Assembly (NCBI GenBank): GCA_025934955.1 | Contig: JAICWE010000008.1 | Location: forward strand, 6,947-70,946 | DNA: 64,000 nucleotides | Reading direction: 5' to 3' | Source: Gemmatimonadales bacterium | GTDB lineage: Bacteria > Gemmatimonadota > Gemmatimonadetes > Gemmatimonadales > GWC2-71-9 | Part shown: positions 55,371-63,064 of the stretch, in pieces | Layout of the letters: the number at the start of each line of letters is the position of its first letter | How positions within the stretch are numbered: the first letter of the stretch is position 1 | Translations under genes and position numbers: made by a program | The notes under the pieces: generated by a model | The model's database searches: none | Seen by the model: only the letters and a program-made list of their open reading frames with translations | What the model was told of the DNA's origin: nothing

Positions 55371-55561
55371 CTGCGAGAATAGGAGATATGTAGAGGGGGG
55401 ATTTGAAGGGAGTAACAGCGGGAGCACGACTTCGGTCAGCTCGTCCGGCCGTTGGGCGTGTCGCCATCGGGCTGGTTCGGACGTCTCGCGGGTCGCTGGC
55501 CGGGCCAACTCCCACCGCTGCGCAAGATCACGGCCGCCTGAAATGTCCGCTGTGCCCCACG

Positions 55562-56203
55562 TCACACCACCGTGTCAATCTGTCCGGCGAGCACCTCGTG
55601 CGCGTAAACCAGCCGCACGCCGCGGCGCTGCCACTCCTGCAGCAGGGCCGGCGACTGCGAGGCGTCAATGGCGCGCACGGCGTCGGCGACGAGATGGATG
55701 CGGGTGGCGGGCCGGGTGCGGAGCAGCCCCTCGACTGCGTACCGGTTGCACACGTCGAGCGCCACGCCGTAGAGCACCACGTCGTGCGGATCGAGCACGT
55801 CGAGCAGCGCGCCGACGTTGGCGTTGGTGAAGACGTCGAACCAGTGCTTGTGCAGGAGGAAGTCGCCGCGATGGGCGCGGATGCGGGCGGCGAGCGCCGC
55901 GGGATCCTCCGGCTCCGGCTCGATGATCATCGGATCGCGCAGCGCCGACTCGGCCACCTTGAGCTGGCCCGGCGTGCCGCGCATGCAGTGGGGCGGAAAG
56001 GTCTCGCGCCAGTCGGGCGTGTCGCTCAGCTCGCGATGGCCGGGGACGTGGTCGTCGGCGCTGGCGACGATGGTGATGCCGCGCGCGTGGGCGCAGTCGG
56101 TGAGCGCCGCGATGGTGTCGAGGATCTCCTCGCTGCCGGGGACGTAGAGCTTCCCGTCCGCGTGCATGAAGTCGTACTGGGTGTCCACGTCCCAGAAGAT
56201 CAT
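55562..56203 (-). CDS. pncA: Isochorismatase-family hydrolase, probable nicotinamidase
   Basis: I used the ATG at 56203 (MIFWDVDTQYDF). Asp, Lys (LHKHWFDVF) and Cys (GVALDVCNRY) catalytic-triad contexts. It lies 8 nt downstream of pncB. Confidence 0.75.
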   Translation of the reverse strand: MIFWDVDTQYDFMHADGKLYVPGSEEILDTIAALTDCAHARGITIVASADDHVPGHRELSDTPDWRETFPPHCMRGTPGQLKVAESALRDPMIIEPEPEDPAALAARIRAHRGDFLLHKHWFDVFTNANVGALLDVLDPHDVVLYGVALDVCNRYAVEGLLRTRPATRIHLVADAVRAIDASQSPALLQEWQRRGVRLVYAHEVLAGQIDTVV

Positions 56204-56211
56204 GCCGTAAG

Positions 56212-57270
56212 CTATTCGACCCGCTCGAGCCGCGGGTTGGGCCGGAAGCCGCGGCCCACCTTGGCGCAAGGCTTTCCCTCCACCAGCACGACGTCGGCGG
56301 TGAAATCGAAGCGGCCCTGGAAGAGCGACGAGCCGACGCCGTAGGCGTCCACCGGCACGCCGGCCGCCTCGAACTCGCGGATCTTCTCGACGGTGAAGCC
56401 GCCGGAGACGACGATCTGCACCGGGCGAAAGCCGTGACGGTCGAGCGCGTCGCGCACGTTCCAGACGAGCTGCGGGTTGACGCCGGTGGGGCGGAAGCGG
56501 CCCATCTGGTCCAGCAGCGAGCGGTCCACCAGCATCTCGCTGGTATCAATGCGCACGCCGTAGAGCCGCTCGCCTAACGCTTCGGCGAGGGCGAGCGAGG
56601 TGCCGACGCAGTCGTTCTCGAAGTCCACCAGCGTCACCACCCGCACGTCGGGCGGCATGTACTCGGCGAACTTGGCGGTGGCGAGCACGGTGTCGCCGTC
56701 GTAGGCGGCGATCAGCGCGTGGGGCACGGTGCCGATGCCCTTGCTGCCCCACCACGACGCCTGCGCGTCGGTGGAGACGCCGATGGCGCCGGCGATGTGC
56801 GCGGCGTAGCCGTCGCCGGTCTGCACCAGCCAGTGGTCATGGCGCGCGGGGAAGAACATCACCTGCTTCGGCGCGGCCGCCTCGACCACGCGGCGGGTGT
56901 TGGTGCCGACGCGGGTGCGCCGGGCCAGCACGCCGAGATAGAGCGTCTCGAGGTTGGCGAAGGCGTCGTAGGGGCCCTCGATCAGGAGCACGGTCTCCCA
57001 CGGCGCGATCTCGTCGCCGTCGTACAGCGCCCACACCTCCATCTCGTCCCATCGCTCGCTGCAGAGCTTGAGGATGGCGATGGCCTCGTCGATACCGCCG
57101 AGGGAGGCGTGCTGCTTGCCGAAGACCTGCATGGTGACGCGGGGATGGTAGTCGTCGGCCTGGAGGATCTCGCGGGCGCGGACGAAGTACTTGTCGGAGT
57201 AATAGCCCTCGCGCATCCGCTCGACCGGCAGGTGGAAGATCGCGGGGTCGAGTCGCGGGCGTCGCGGCAT
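56212..57270 (-). CDS. pncB: Nicotinate phosphoribosyltransferase (short form)
   Basis: MREGYYSDKYFVRAREIL, LARRTRVGTNTRR, GVSTDAQASWWGSKGIGTVPHALI, GVRIDTS, VSGGF. Confidence 0.88.
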   Translation of the reverse strand: MPRRPRLDPAIFHLPVERMREGYYSDKYFVRAREILQADDYHPRVTMQVFGKQHASLGGIDEAIAILKLCSERWDEMEVWALYDGDEIAPWETVLLIEGPYDAFANLETLYLGVLARRTRVGTNTRRVVEAAAPKQVMFFPARHDHWLVQTGDGYAAHIAGAIGVSTDAQASWWGSKGIGTVPHALIAAYDGDTVLATAKFAEYMPPDVRVVTLVDFENDCVGTSLALAEALGERLYGVRIDTSEMLVDRSLLDQMGRFRPTGVNPQLVWNVRDALDRHGFRPVQIVVSGGFTVEKIREFEAAGVPVDAYGVGSSLFQGRFDFTADVVLVEGKPCAKVGRGFRPNPRLERVE

Positions 57271-57392
57271 GGGCGGAAGTTACCTCACAGCGGAAGCCGG
57301 GCAAGCCGATGCATCGTTGACACCGGCGCCGGAACGGGCGTAACTCCCGGGTGCCGCGCGAGCTACAGACACTCTCACGTGGGAGGTGACGG

Positions 57393-58727
57393 TTGACCCA
57401 GCCGCTGTCCCGCCCGCGTCGCCTCCGGCTGCTCGGCGCGTGCCTCGGCGCGCTGATCGCGCTGGCATGCCTTGCCGCGCTCTGCGCGGCGCCGCTCACC
57501 GCTCAGCAGAAGCCCGCGCCGAAGCCCACCACCAAGCCCGAGCCGCCCAAGCCGGCGGTGGACTCGGCGTTCAAGCGCGCCGGCGACGAGCCGGCGCCGG
57601 GCAATCTTCCGGCGACGAAGCCGACGCCGCAGGACACCGTCTTCGCGCCCAAGTTCGACGCGAGCGCGCCGTGGCTCCTGAGCTACTTCCCCTATCTCAC
57701 CGGCGGCGCCAATGACGCGCCCCAGATCGCGTTCCGCGCGCGCTACTGGCGGCCGGCGGACCTCGACGACCGCGTCACCGCGCTCGTCGCGATCACCGGC
57801 GACGCGGGGATCTCGTTCCGCGGAAGCCGGTTCGTGGATCTCCGGCTCTACGATCCGCATCTCGCACCCGACTGGCGCGCGACCGGCGCGCTCCTCGCGA
57901 GCCGGGAGGCGCGCTTCGGCTTCTTCGGACTCGGGAACGAGACGACGCGGAACGAGGACCTCGCCGACTCGACGCAGCCTTTCCTTTATAGAGCGGCGCG
58001 CACGCGGTACGAGGCGCAGGCGGAGATCTCGCGGCGCCTCTACCGCGGGCTCTGGCTCGGCCTCATGGGCGACGTCACCGAATCCCGCTTCGGCGCGCTC
58101 GACGGGCCGTCCATCTTCCGCTCGAGCTTCGGTCCCGCGCTCAAGGACGACGACGTGTCGGGCCGGGCAGCGCTCGTGTACGACGCGCGGGACAACGAGT
58201 ACAACACCCACCGCGGCTATATGCTCGAGACCGGCGTGCAGGTCGGGAGCGGCGGCGACGGGTATCATCGCGTGTACGGCATCGCGAGCGGATGGTTGCC
58301 GGTGCGCGAGGGGACGGTGCTCGCCGGGCGCCTCCTCGGTTCGGGCCTCGGCGGGACGCCGCCGCTCAACGCGCGCTTCATCGTGCCGGCGTGGGAGCGG
58401 ACGATCGGCGTGCTGGGCGGCGCGGGCTCGGACCGCGCGCTCACGACGGGGAGGTTCGCGGGGACCGGCGTCCTCCTCGGCAACTTCGAGCTGCGGCAGG
58501 ACGTGATGTCGTTCGGCGGGGACATCGGCCGGCTCGGGGCGATGGCGTTCCTCGATGCGGGACGGGTGTTCGAGGGAGAGGACTTTCGCCTGACGTTCTC
58601 GGGGCTGTCGGTCGGGGGCGGGGGCGGGCTCTGGTTCCGGGTGCTCCGGTCCACGATCGTGACGGCGACGCTGGCGCGGGGGCCGGACGGGACACGGGTG
58701 ACGCTGTCGAACGGGTGGATGTTCTAG
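57393..58727 (+). CDS. Omp85/surface-antigen (D15) family outer-membrane beta-barrel without POTRA array
   Basis: A signal peptide, a Pro/Lys-rich linker, then alternating beta-strand pattern. It carries DARDNEYNTHRGYMLE and a C-terminal ...LSNGWMF ending in an aromatic residue. Confidence 0.8.
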   Translation: MTQPLSRPRRLRLLGACLGALIALACLAALCAAPLTAQQKPAPKPTTKPEPPKPAVDSAFKRAGDEPAPGNLPATKPTPQDTVFAPKFDASAPWLLSYFPYLTGGANDAPQIAFRARYWRPADLDDRVTALVAITGDAGISFRGSRFVDLRLYDPHLAPDWRATGALLASREARFGFFGLGNETTRNEDLADSTQPFLYRAARTRYEAQAEISRRLYRGLWLGLMGDVTESRFGALDGPSIFRSSFGPALKDDDVSGRAALVYDARDNEYNTHRGYMLETGVQVGSGGDGYHRVYGIASGWLPVREGTVLAGRLLGSGLGGTPPLNARFIVPAWERTIGVLGGAGSDRALTTGRFAGTGVLLGNFELRQDVMSFGGDIGRLGAMAFLDAGRVFEGEDFRLTFSGLSVGGGGGLWFRVLRSTIVTATLARGPDGTRVTLSNGWMF

Positions 58728-58939
58728 GCCGGCGGGCGGCCGGGCTTCTCGCACCGGCGTCGCGCCCGGATCGTTGCCAGCGTGGCAGAGTTCGATGCCG
58801 GCGCGGCGATCCACTGAAGTATCCAGCCGACTCCGATCGCAATCCGGCGCCAGCCGTTCGCGGTCGCAGATGCGCGGATTCGCGGCGCGGGCCGGCAGGA
58901 CCGCGTTCGGGGCGGCCGGAATGTGATCGCGGTCTGGCT

Positions 58940-59296
58940 CGAGGCGAACACGGGTGGTCTCGACGCGAACGCGCGAGGCCTCGTGCGCGTCGCGCCGGAC
59001 CCGATCGCGGACCGGTGCAACCTGACCGCGAACCGTTGCAACGTGATCGCGAACCGGTGCAACCTGATCGCGCACTGGCGCGACCCGATCGCAAACCGGC
59101 GGACCCGGTTGCGAACCGGTGCGACCCGATTGCAATCGCGCGCGTCCCGATCGCGTCAGCGGCCGACCGGATCGCAAACGCCGCCTTCCCGTCGTCAGCG
59201 TGGCAGGCCCGACCGCGAACCGAGGCGACGCGATCGCGAGTGCGGGTGAGCCGATTGCGGGCGCAGGGGCGCCGATCGCGAACGGGGCCGTCCCGA
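58940..59296. repeat. 21-bp tandem repeat array (~17 units; core units near-identical, flanks degenerate)
   Basis: The core at 59003-59065 has three units. GATCGCGGACCGGTGCAACCT and GATCGCGAACCGGTGCAACCT differ by 1 nt, and GACCGCGAACCGTTGCAACGT differs by 3 nt. The GATCGCR/GCGAAC phase is kept every 21 bp from 58940 to about 59296. There are no spacers. Confidence 0.85.
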
Positions 59297-59328
59297 CTCC
59301 CACGGACAGGACCGGTTCGCCGCCGCGA

Positions 59329-59460
59329 CAGCTCGCCGAGCGCAATTGCCGGGACAAAAACCGCCGCTGCCGTGCGGATGCCCGCCGCCACGGCCGGCTC
59401 GCCGGCGAGGAGCGCGATGAGGATGTTGGTGTCGAGGAGGACTCTACCAGTCGGCGGCAT
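59329..59460 (-). pseudogene. PIN-domain (VapC-like) toxin gene, only the N-terminal ~44 codons recognisable
   Basis: MPPTGRVLLDTNILIALLAGEPAVAAGIRTAAAVFVPAIALGEL matches the PIN N-terminus (LLDTN acidic site, GEL). Immediately downstream the frame enters the 21-bp repeat array and loses all PIN features. Confidence 0.55.
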
Positions 59461-59659
59461 CGACGCGTTCGCAGTCCGCTTCGATCACGGCGGTCATGGT
59501 CGCGAGATCCGGGGCGGGAATGGCGCCGACAAACTGCAACAGCTCGGGGCCCGCCCCGGCGTGCTCGAGCGTGCGGACATAGACCAGCGCCTGCTGCTGC
59601 TGAGCAGGTGGCAGGCGGCGTACGCGGGCTGCGATGTCGTCGGGAATCGAATGGGCCAT
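59444..59659 (-). CDS. VapB-type antitoxin-like small protein (71 aa)
   Basis: I used the ATG at 59659 (MAHSIPDDIAARVRRLPPAQQQQALVYVRTLE...CERVDAADW), with GGAGGTG 6 nt upstream and an AT-rich region further upstream. Its stop overlaps the PIN ATG by 17 nt. Confidence 0.6.
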   Translation of the reverse strand: MAHSIPDDIAARVRRLPPAQQQQALVYVRTLEHAGAGPELLQFVGAIPAPDLATMTAVIEADCERVDAADW

Positions 59660-59815
59660 GCCGCACCTCCAGATAAGACATGTAGAAACGAGAGGAATAT
59701 ACAAGCCGAGCGCCGCGTGGGGCGCTCCGGTGCGCGCCCAGCCAGCGGCAGGCACGCCGCTCGCTGCCGGCGGCCACGGCGACGCTGGTCACGATGGACC
59801 GCCGTTGCTCCATCG

Positions 59816-60076
59816 TCACCGTTCATTTCCCAGCACGTCCGTGAGCACTTGGATGTTGAGCGCCTGGTCGGCCACGACGCGCTTGCGCCGGCGGTTCTCC
59901 GCTTCCAGCGCCCGGAGCCTCGCAGTCGGGCTCAGCCGGACTCGCATCATGTAGCAGCGCATCGTAGGTGCTTCGGTGTGGACTTGCCCCAGGATTTCCG
60001 GAGACTCCCAAGCCTGAGACGCTGGGAAGCGCGCAAGCCAGCGAGGGATGCCGCGGTTGCTTAGTTCGACGCTCAT
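59816..60076 (-). mobile_element. IS3-family orfA (HTH_Tnp_1 type) remnant
   Basis: The C-terminal SPTARLRALEAENRRRKRVVADQALNIQVLTDVLGNE matches the leucine-zipper end of IS3/IS407-group OrfA (S-E-A-x-R-L-K-x-L-E-x-E-N-x-x-L-K-x-x-V-A-D). The upstream HTH part is degenerate. No orfB and no inverted repeats were seen. Confidence 0.45.
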
Positions 60077-60269
60077 GGTCTCACGATGATCCTGCGCCTC
60101 CCACCACCTGGTGCGTAATAGTGAACGTGTCTTCTCGATTGCACCTTCGCTCCCCGGCACTCTTGCCGCGAACTGGATTTCGGCGTCGACGCATTTGAGC
60201 TCTATAGCTTCACGCTGCGCGCCCACGTTCCGAGTGCTCCGGTCTCTTCGACAGAGACGGCGGGTGGTT

Positions 60270-61912
60270 CGCCGCCGGTAGTGCGTCACTATCGGGTGCT
60301 GATACGACGGATCACTGTCCTCGACGTGCTCAGCCAGCGAGTCAACCCGATCGATGGCATCGTAGAAGTACTCGGTGCGGTGGTTCGCGGGATCGAAGAG
60401 CTGCTGCACCCGCTGCATCGCGTCGAGCGTGTATCGAGTGACCCGCTTCATCGGCGAGGTGTCGGCCACCACATTTCCGAGCTGGTTGAACGCAAAGCCG
60501 GTCCGCAACTCAGCGGCGGTGACTTTTGTCCGCGTCGTTGAATCCCAAACCGCAACCGAGAGCTCGGCAACGCCTTGCAACTCGCCCAGCAACGGCGAGG
60601 CCGGATTGGTGACGTAGTCGAACCGGGTCTGATGTCCGTTCGGCGCTGTGACGAGTGAGGTCAAACCCCACTGGTTGTAGCCGTACAGCGTCTTCAGGTG
60701 TGCCGTCGAGTCGACGAGGGTGTCCGGAGAATCGGGCGCCGTCGCCGCGCCATAGCCCCAGCGCGTGATGGTCATGGGGACGGCGCCGGGGAGCCCGTCC
60801 GTGATGGTCCGTTGCTCCTTGAGGTTGCCGCGGGCGTTGTACAGCAACGTGTCCACGGTGCCATCAGGACGTACGACCCGCGTCACGAGCGCAGGTGTCG
60901 CAACCGACCCGCGGGAGACATGCAGGGTATCGCCATTTGGCCCGACGACCTGCGTCGGGGCCCGCCACTGATCAACCCAGAACTTCGCGACATCAGCGGA
61001 CTCGGTGCGTGGCCCGTCCACTCGCGTGTAGCCCGAGTCCGGGAGGTCCACCGGTGCGCCGTCGAGCCCGACAAATTCCCAGGGACGGATCGTCGTGATG
61101 CCCGAGTCGGCGGGACTCGCTCGGAAGGGAATCGCGAACTGCGTCAGCCGGTTGTTGGTGAAGGTGTAGCGGGTCGCAGCCCCACGCCGCGAGGTGCGCG
61201 AGGTCATATGACTGAAGAGGTCGTAGCCGAAGCTCGTGCTCACCAGGTCAGGGTCCGTCAGCGACGTCAGCCGCCCCGCCGTCATCGTCGCCGTGAGCAC
61301 GCGTCCCGCCGGGTCGGTGATCGACTGCAGTAGCGCCGTGGTGGGGTTATACGCGAAGCTGTAGGTGGTGCCCGCCTGACCGCTCGGCGGCACGCGGATG
61401 GTGCTGATGCTGCCGTTGCCGTTGTAGGCGATGAACGTGGTGTCGCCGGTGCAATTGATGGTCTGGATGTGCCGGCCGGCGGCGTCGTAGACGATCTTGA
61501 TCCCGTGGCGGAGCGTGCGGGAGTAGAGCTGGGTGATGTTGTCCCGAATCAAGGTGTCGGGAAACGCCTCTGCCGCGCCGACCCAGCGGGTCTGACCACT
61601 TGGCGCGCTCACCGGCTGGAAGAGCTTGACCGACCCATCCGCGCCGTAGATGGCGCGGGCGGTGCCGACGATGGCAAGCTGCTCGATGCCGGCCGGCCAC
61701 CAGCCGATGCCGTAGAAGGGCGGGAACGGGACGCTCGCGTGTGAGGCTTTCGAGAGATGGCCGCATATGACGGTGTAGGCCCGCTTGAGATCCTCCGGCT
61801 TCCGCGTTAGTCCGAACGCCGCCGCGCGGGGAAGGCCCTCGTGGCGGACCGAAAGGCAAAAGGAAATCGGTGAACGTCCGATACGCTCGGAGAACGTCGG
61901 CTCGTCTCGACA
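60270..61912 (-). pseudogene. RHS/YD-repeat protein fragment, lacking both N-terminal region and C-terminal core end/toxin
   Basis: It has YD repeats (IVYDAAGRHIQT, FAYNPTTALLQSITDPAGR, LYGYNQWGLTSLV, YFYDAIDRVDSL). The frame is open from the TAA at 61913-61915. The first ATG/GTG/TTG is the GTG at 61612. No PxxxxDPxGL core-end motif is present. The frame reads through into the IS remnant. Confidence 0.65.
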
Positions 61913-62338
61913 TTAATCGTAAATCGCCTTGACCCCCCAGAAACTTCCGCTAACTAGCGAGGCGACCACGATAAACCCCAGACGGGCCGTGGCAGTTTCC
62001 TGATCCGCCTGGGTAAAGACGATGGCGGTCCAGAACGGCGCTACTGCAACCGATCCCACCAGTGCCTTCGAGACCGTGCCGCGCGCACGCGGTGCGAGTA
62101 ATCCACCAATCAAACCACCGGCTGTGCACCCGATCATATACGCCGCGATCGCTCTTCCGTATGTAGCGCCGACTTGTGTAAATGCCCCCGTGCCGCTGGT
62201 GATGCGCACAAGAGTGGCAATGCCGGAGAGCAGCATACCCACCAGCGCACCTACAAATGTGCCGGCAGCGCACCGCGCTAACGGAGGCCAACCGCTAAGG
62301 GAGAAATCGGTGCGCTGTGGGGCGCGACGACCACTCAT
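61913..62338 (-). CDS. Four-TM glycine-zipper-rich membrane protein (141 aa), hypothetical; immunity-like position
   Basis: I used the ATG at 62338, an ATGA overlap with the stop of the 67-codon ORF. The predicted TM helices are AAGTFVGALVGMLLSGIATLV, AIAAYMIGCTAGGLIGGLLA, ALVGSVAVAPFWTAIVF and LGFIVVASLVSGSFWGV. Confidence 0.55.
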   Translation of the reverse strand: MSGRRAPQRTDFSLSGWPPLARCAAGTFVGALVGMLLSGIATLVRITSGTGAFTQVGATYGRAIAAYMIGCTAGGLIGGLLAPRARGTVSKALVGSVAVAPFWTAIVFTQADQETATARLGFIVVASLVSGSFWGVKAIYD

Positions 62339-62538
62339 TCCTGGGCGCGGCAACTCTTGAGGTCCTTCCATGATTGGTACGTGCCATACCCGGGGATGAA
62401 GTCTTTCCAACTAACGCGACTAGCTGCGCCGTAGAGCGTGCCTTCGACACCCTTGGCGAAGCCGACGTCTCCAGGCATCTCGAACAAACGATCCCAAGCG
62501 CGTCCTGCTAGTTGCGCAGTGGCCTGCTCTGCGCCCAT
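62335..62538 (-). CDS. Small soluble ORF (67 aa), hypothetical
   Basis: MGAEQATAQLAGRAWDRLFEMPGDVGFAKGVEGTLYGAASRVSWKDFIPGYGTYQSWKDLKSCRAQE. An in-frame stop lies 14 codons upstream. GC3 is about 64% by hand count. It is translationally coupled to the 4-TM gene. No convincing Shine-Dalgarno sequence. Confidence 0.35.
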   Translation of the reverse strand: MGAEQATAQLAGRAWDRLFEMPGDVGFAKGVEGTLYGAASRVSWKDFIPGYGTYQSWKDLKSCRAQE

Positions 62539-62604
62539 TGCGGCTTCGCCTACGGCCGCCGCAGTCGTAACACCCCTCTACCCGATCACGGCTCGGTCGT
62601 GGCG

Positions 62605-62859
62605 CTAGCGCGCGCGCTTTCGGCTGGCGCGCCGGGGCGGTGCTGCGGGCCGCTCGGCCTCGTCTGCGGCCCGCAGGAGCACCTGACGGGCCCACGTCGA
62701 GGTCTCGAGGAAGTTCGCTTCGGCGATGCGCTGCAGCCGGACGCGATCCTCGGGCGCGAGGCGAATGAGCAGGGCGTGAGTCTTGGGGGACGTGGCCACG
62801 CGACGGTGTCTCCGGGGCAGACGCGGGGTTGCGCGAGCGGACGGCGGACCGTATATCAT
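62605..62859 (-). CDS. Ribbon-helix-helix (CopG/MobC-like) DNA-binding protein
   Basis: HALLIRLAPEDRVRLQRIAEANFLETSTWARQVLLRAA fits the RHH beta-alpha-alpha pattern. I used the ATG at 62859; GTG 62798 is also possible. The longer track ORF N-terminus is not protein-like. Confidence 0.55.
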   Translation of the reverse strand: MIYGPPSARATPRLPRRHRRVATSPKTHALLIRLAPEDRVRLQRIAEANFLETSTWARQVLLRAADEAERPAAPPRRASRKRAR

Positions 62860-62869
62860 CGGTATACGG
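62849..62869. promoter_or_regulatory. 7-bp inverted repeat spanning the RHH start codon
   Basis: CCGTATA-TCATCGG-TATACGG, with perfect arms, in an AT-rich patch. It is a candidate autoregulatory operator. Confidence 0.3.
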
Positions 62870-63034
62870 CCGCGCGGATCCAGCGCCGCGCGCTCGGGCC
62901 AAGATAACGCCCGGCCGTGAGCCGCTGCGCTCTCCGGCTCCTCTACAGCATCGCGCGCGACCGGCGACCGTTCACGCCCGAGCCGCCGCCGCGCGGGCGC
63001 GGGCACAGTCCCACACCTGCCGCGGCCGAGGCGA

Positions 63035-63064
63035 CCGGGCCGGCCGGGCCGGCCGGGCCGGCCG
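63035..63064. repeat. 9-bp microsatellite (CCGGGCCGG) x3 plus a partial unit
   Basis: Read directly: three perfect tandem copies at 63035-63061, followed by CCG. Confidence 0.85.

Noticed and set aside
58724-58830. Possible displaced C-terminus of the PIN toxin (QWIAAPASNSATLATIRARRRCEKPG) in a different frame, overlapping the omp85 stop.
   Set aside because: It is only a short, partial resemblance to the WIAA...TL.T.D end of VapC. The conserved acidic residues are missing. Chance similarity in GC-rich sequence cannot be excluded without a profile alignment.
58940-59296. The tandem repeat array as a CRISPR array.
   Set aside because: The units are contiguous 21-mers with no unique spacers between them, the unit length is too short, and no cas genes or leader were seen.
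58940-59460. The repeat array as a type III (ToxI-like) RNA antitoxin.
   Set aside because: ToxI-type arrays precede a ToxN/AbiE-type toxin ORF on the same strand. Here no such ORF follows the array on either strand, and the adjacent toxin-like fragment is a PIN domain with its own protein antitoxin gene.
57375-59819. 814-aa minus-strand ORF spanning the omp85 gene, the repeat array and the vapB region.
   Set aside because: It is antisense to the beta-barrel gene for most of its length. The remainder is read-through of the 21-bp repeats (VAPVRDQ heptads) and the antitoxin region in the wrong frame.
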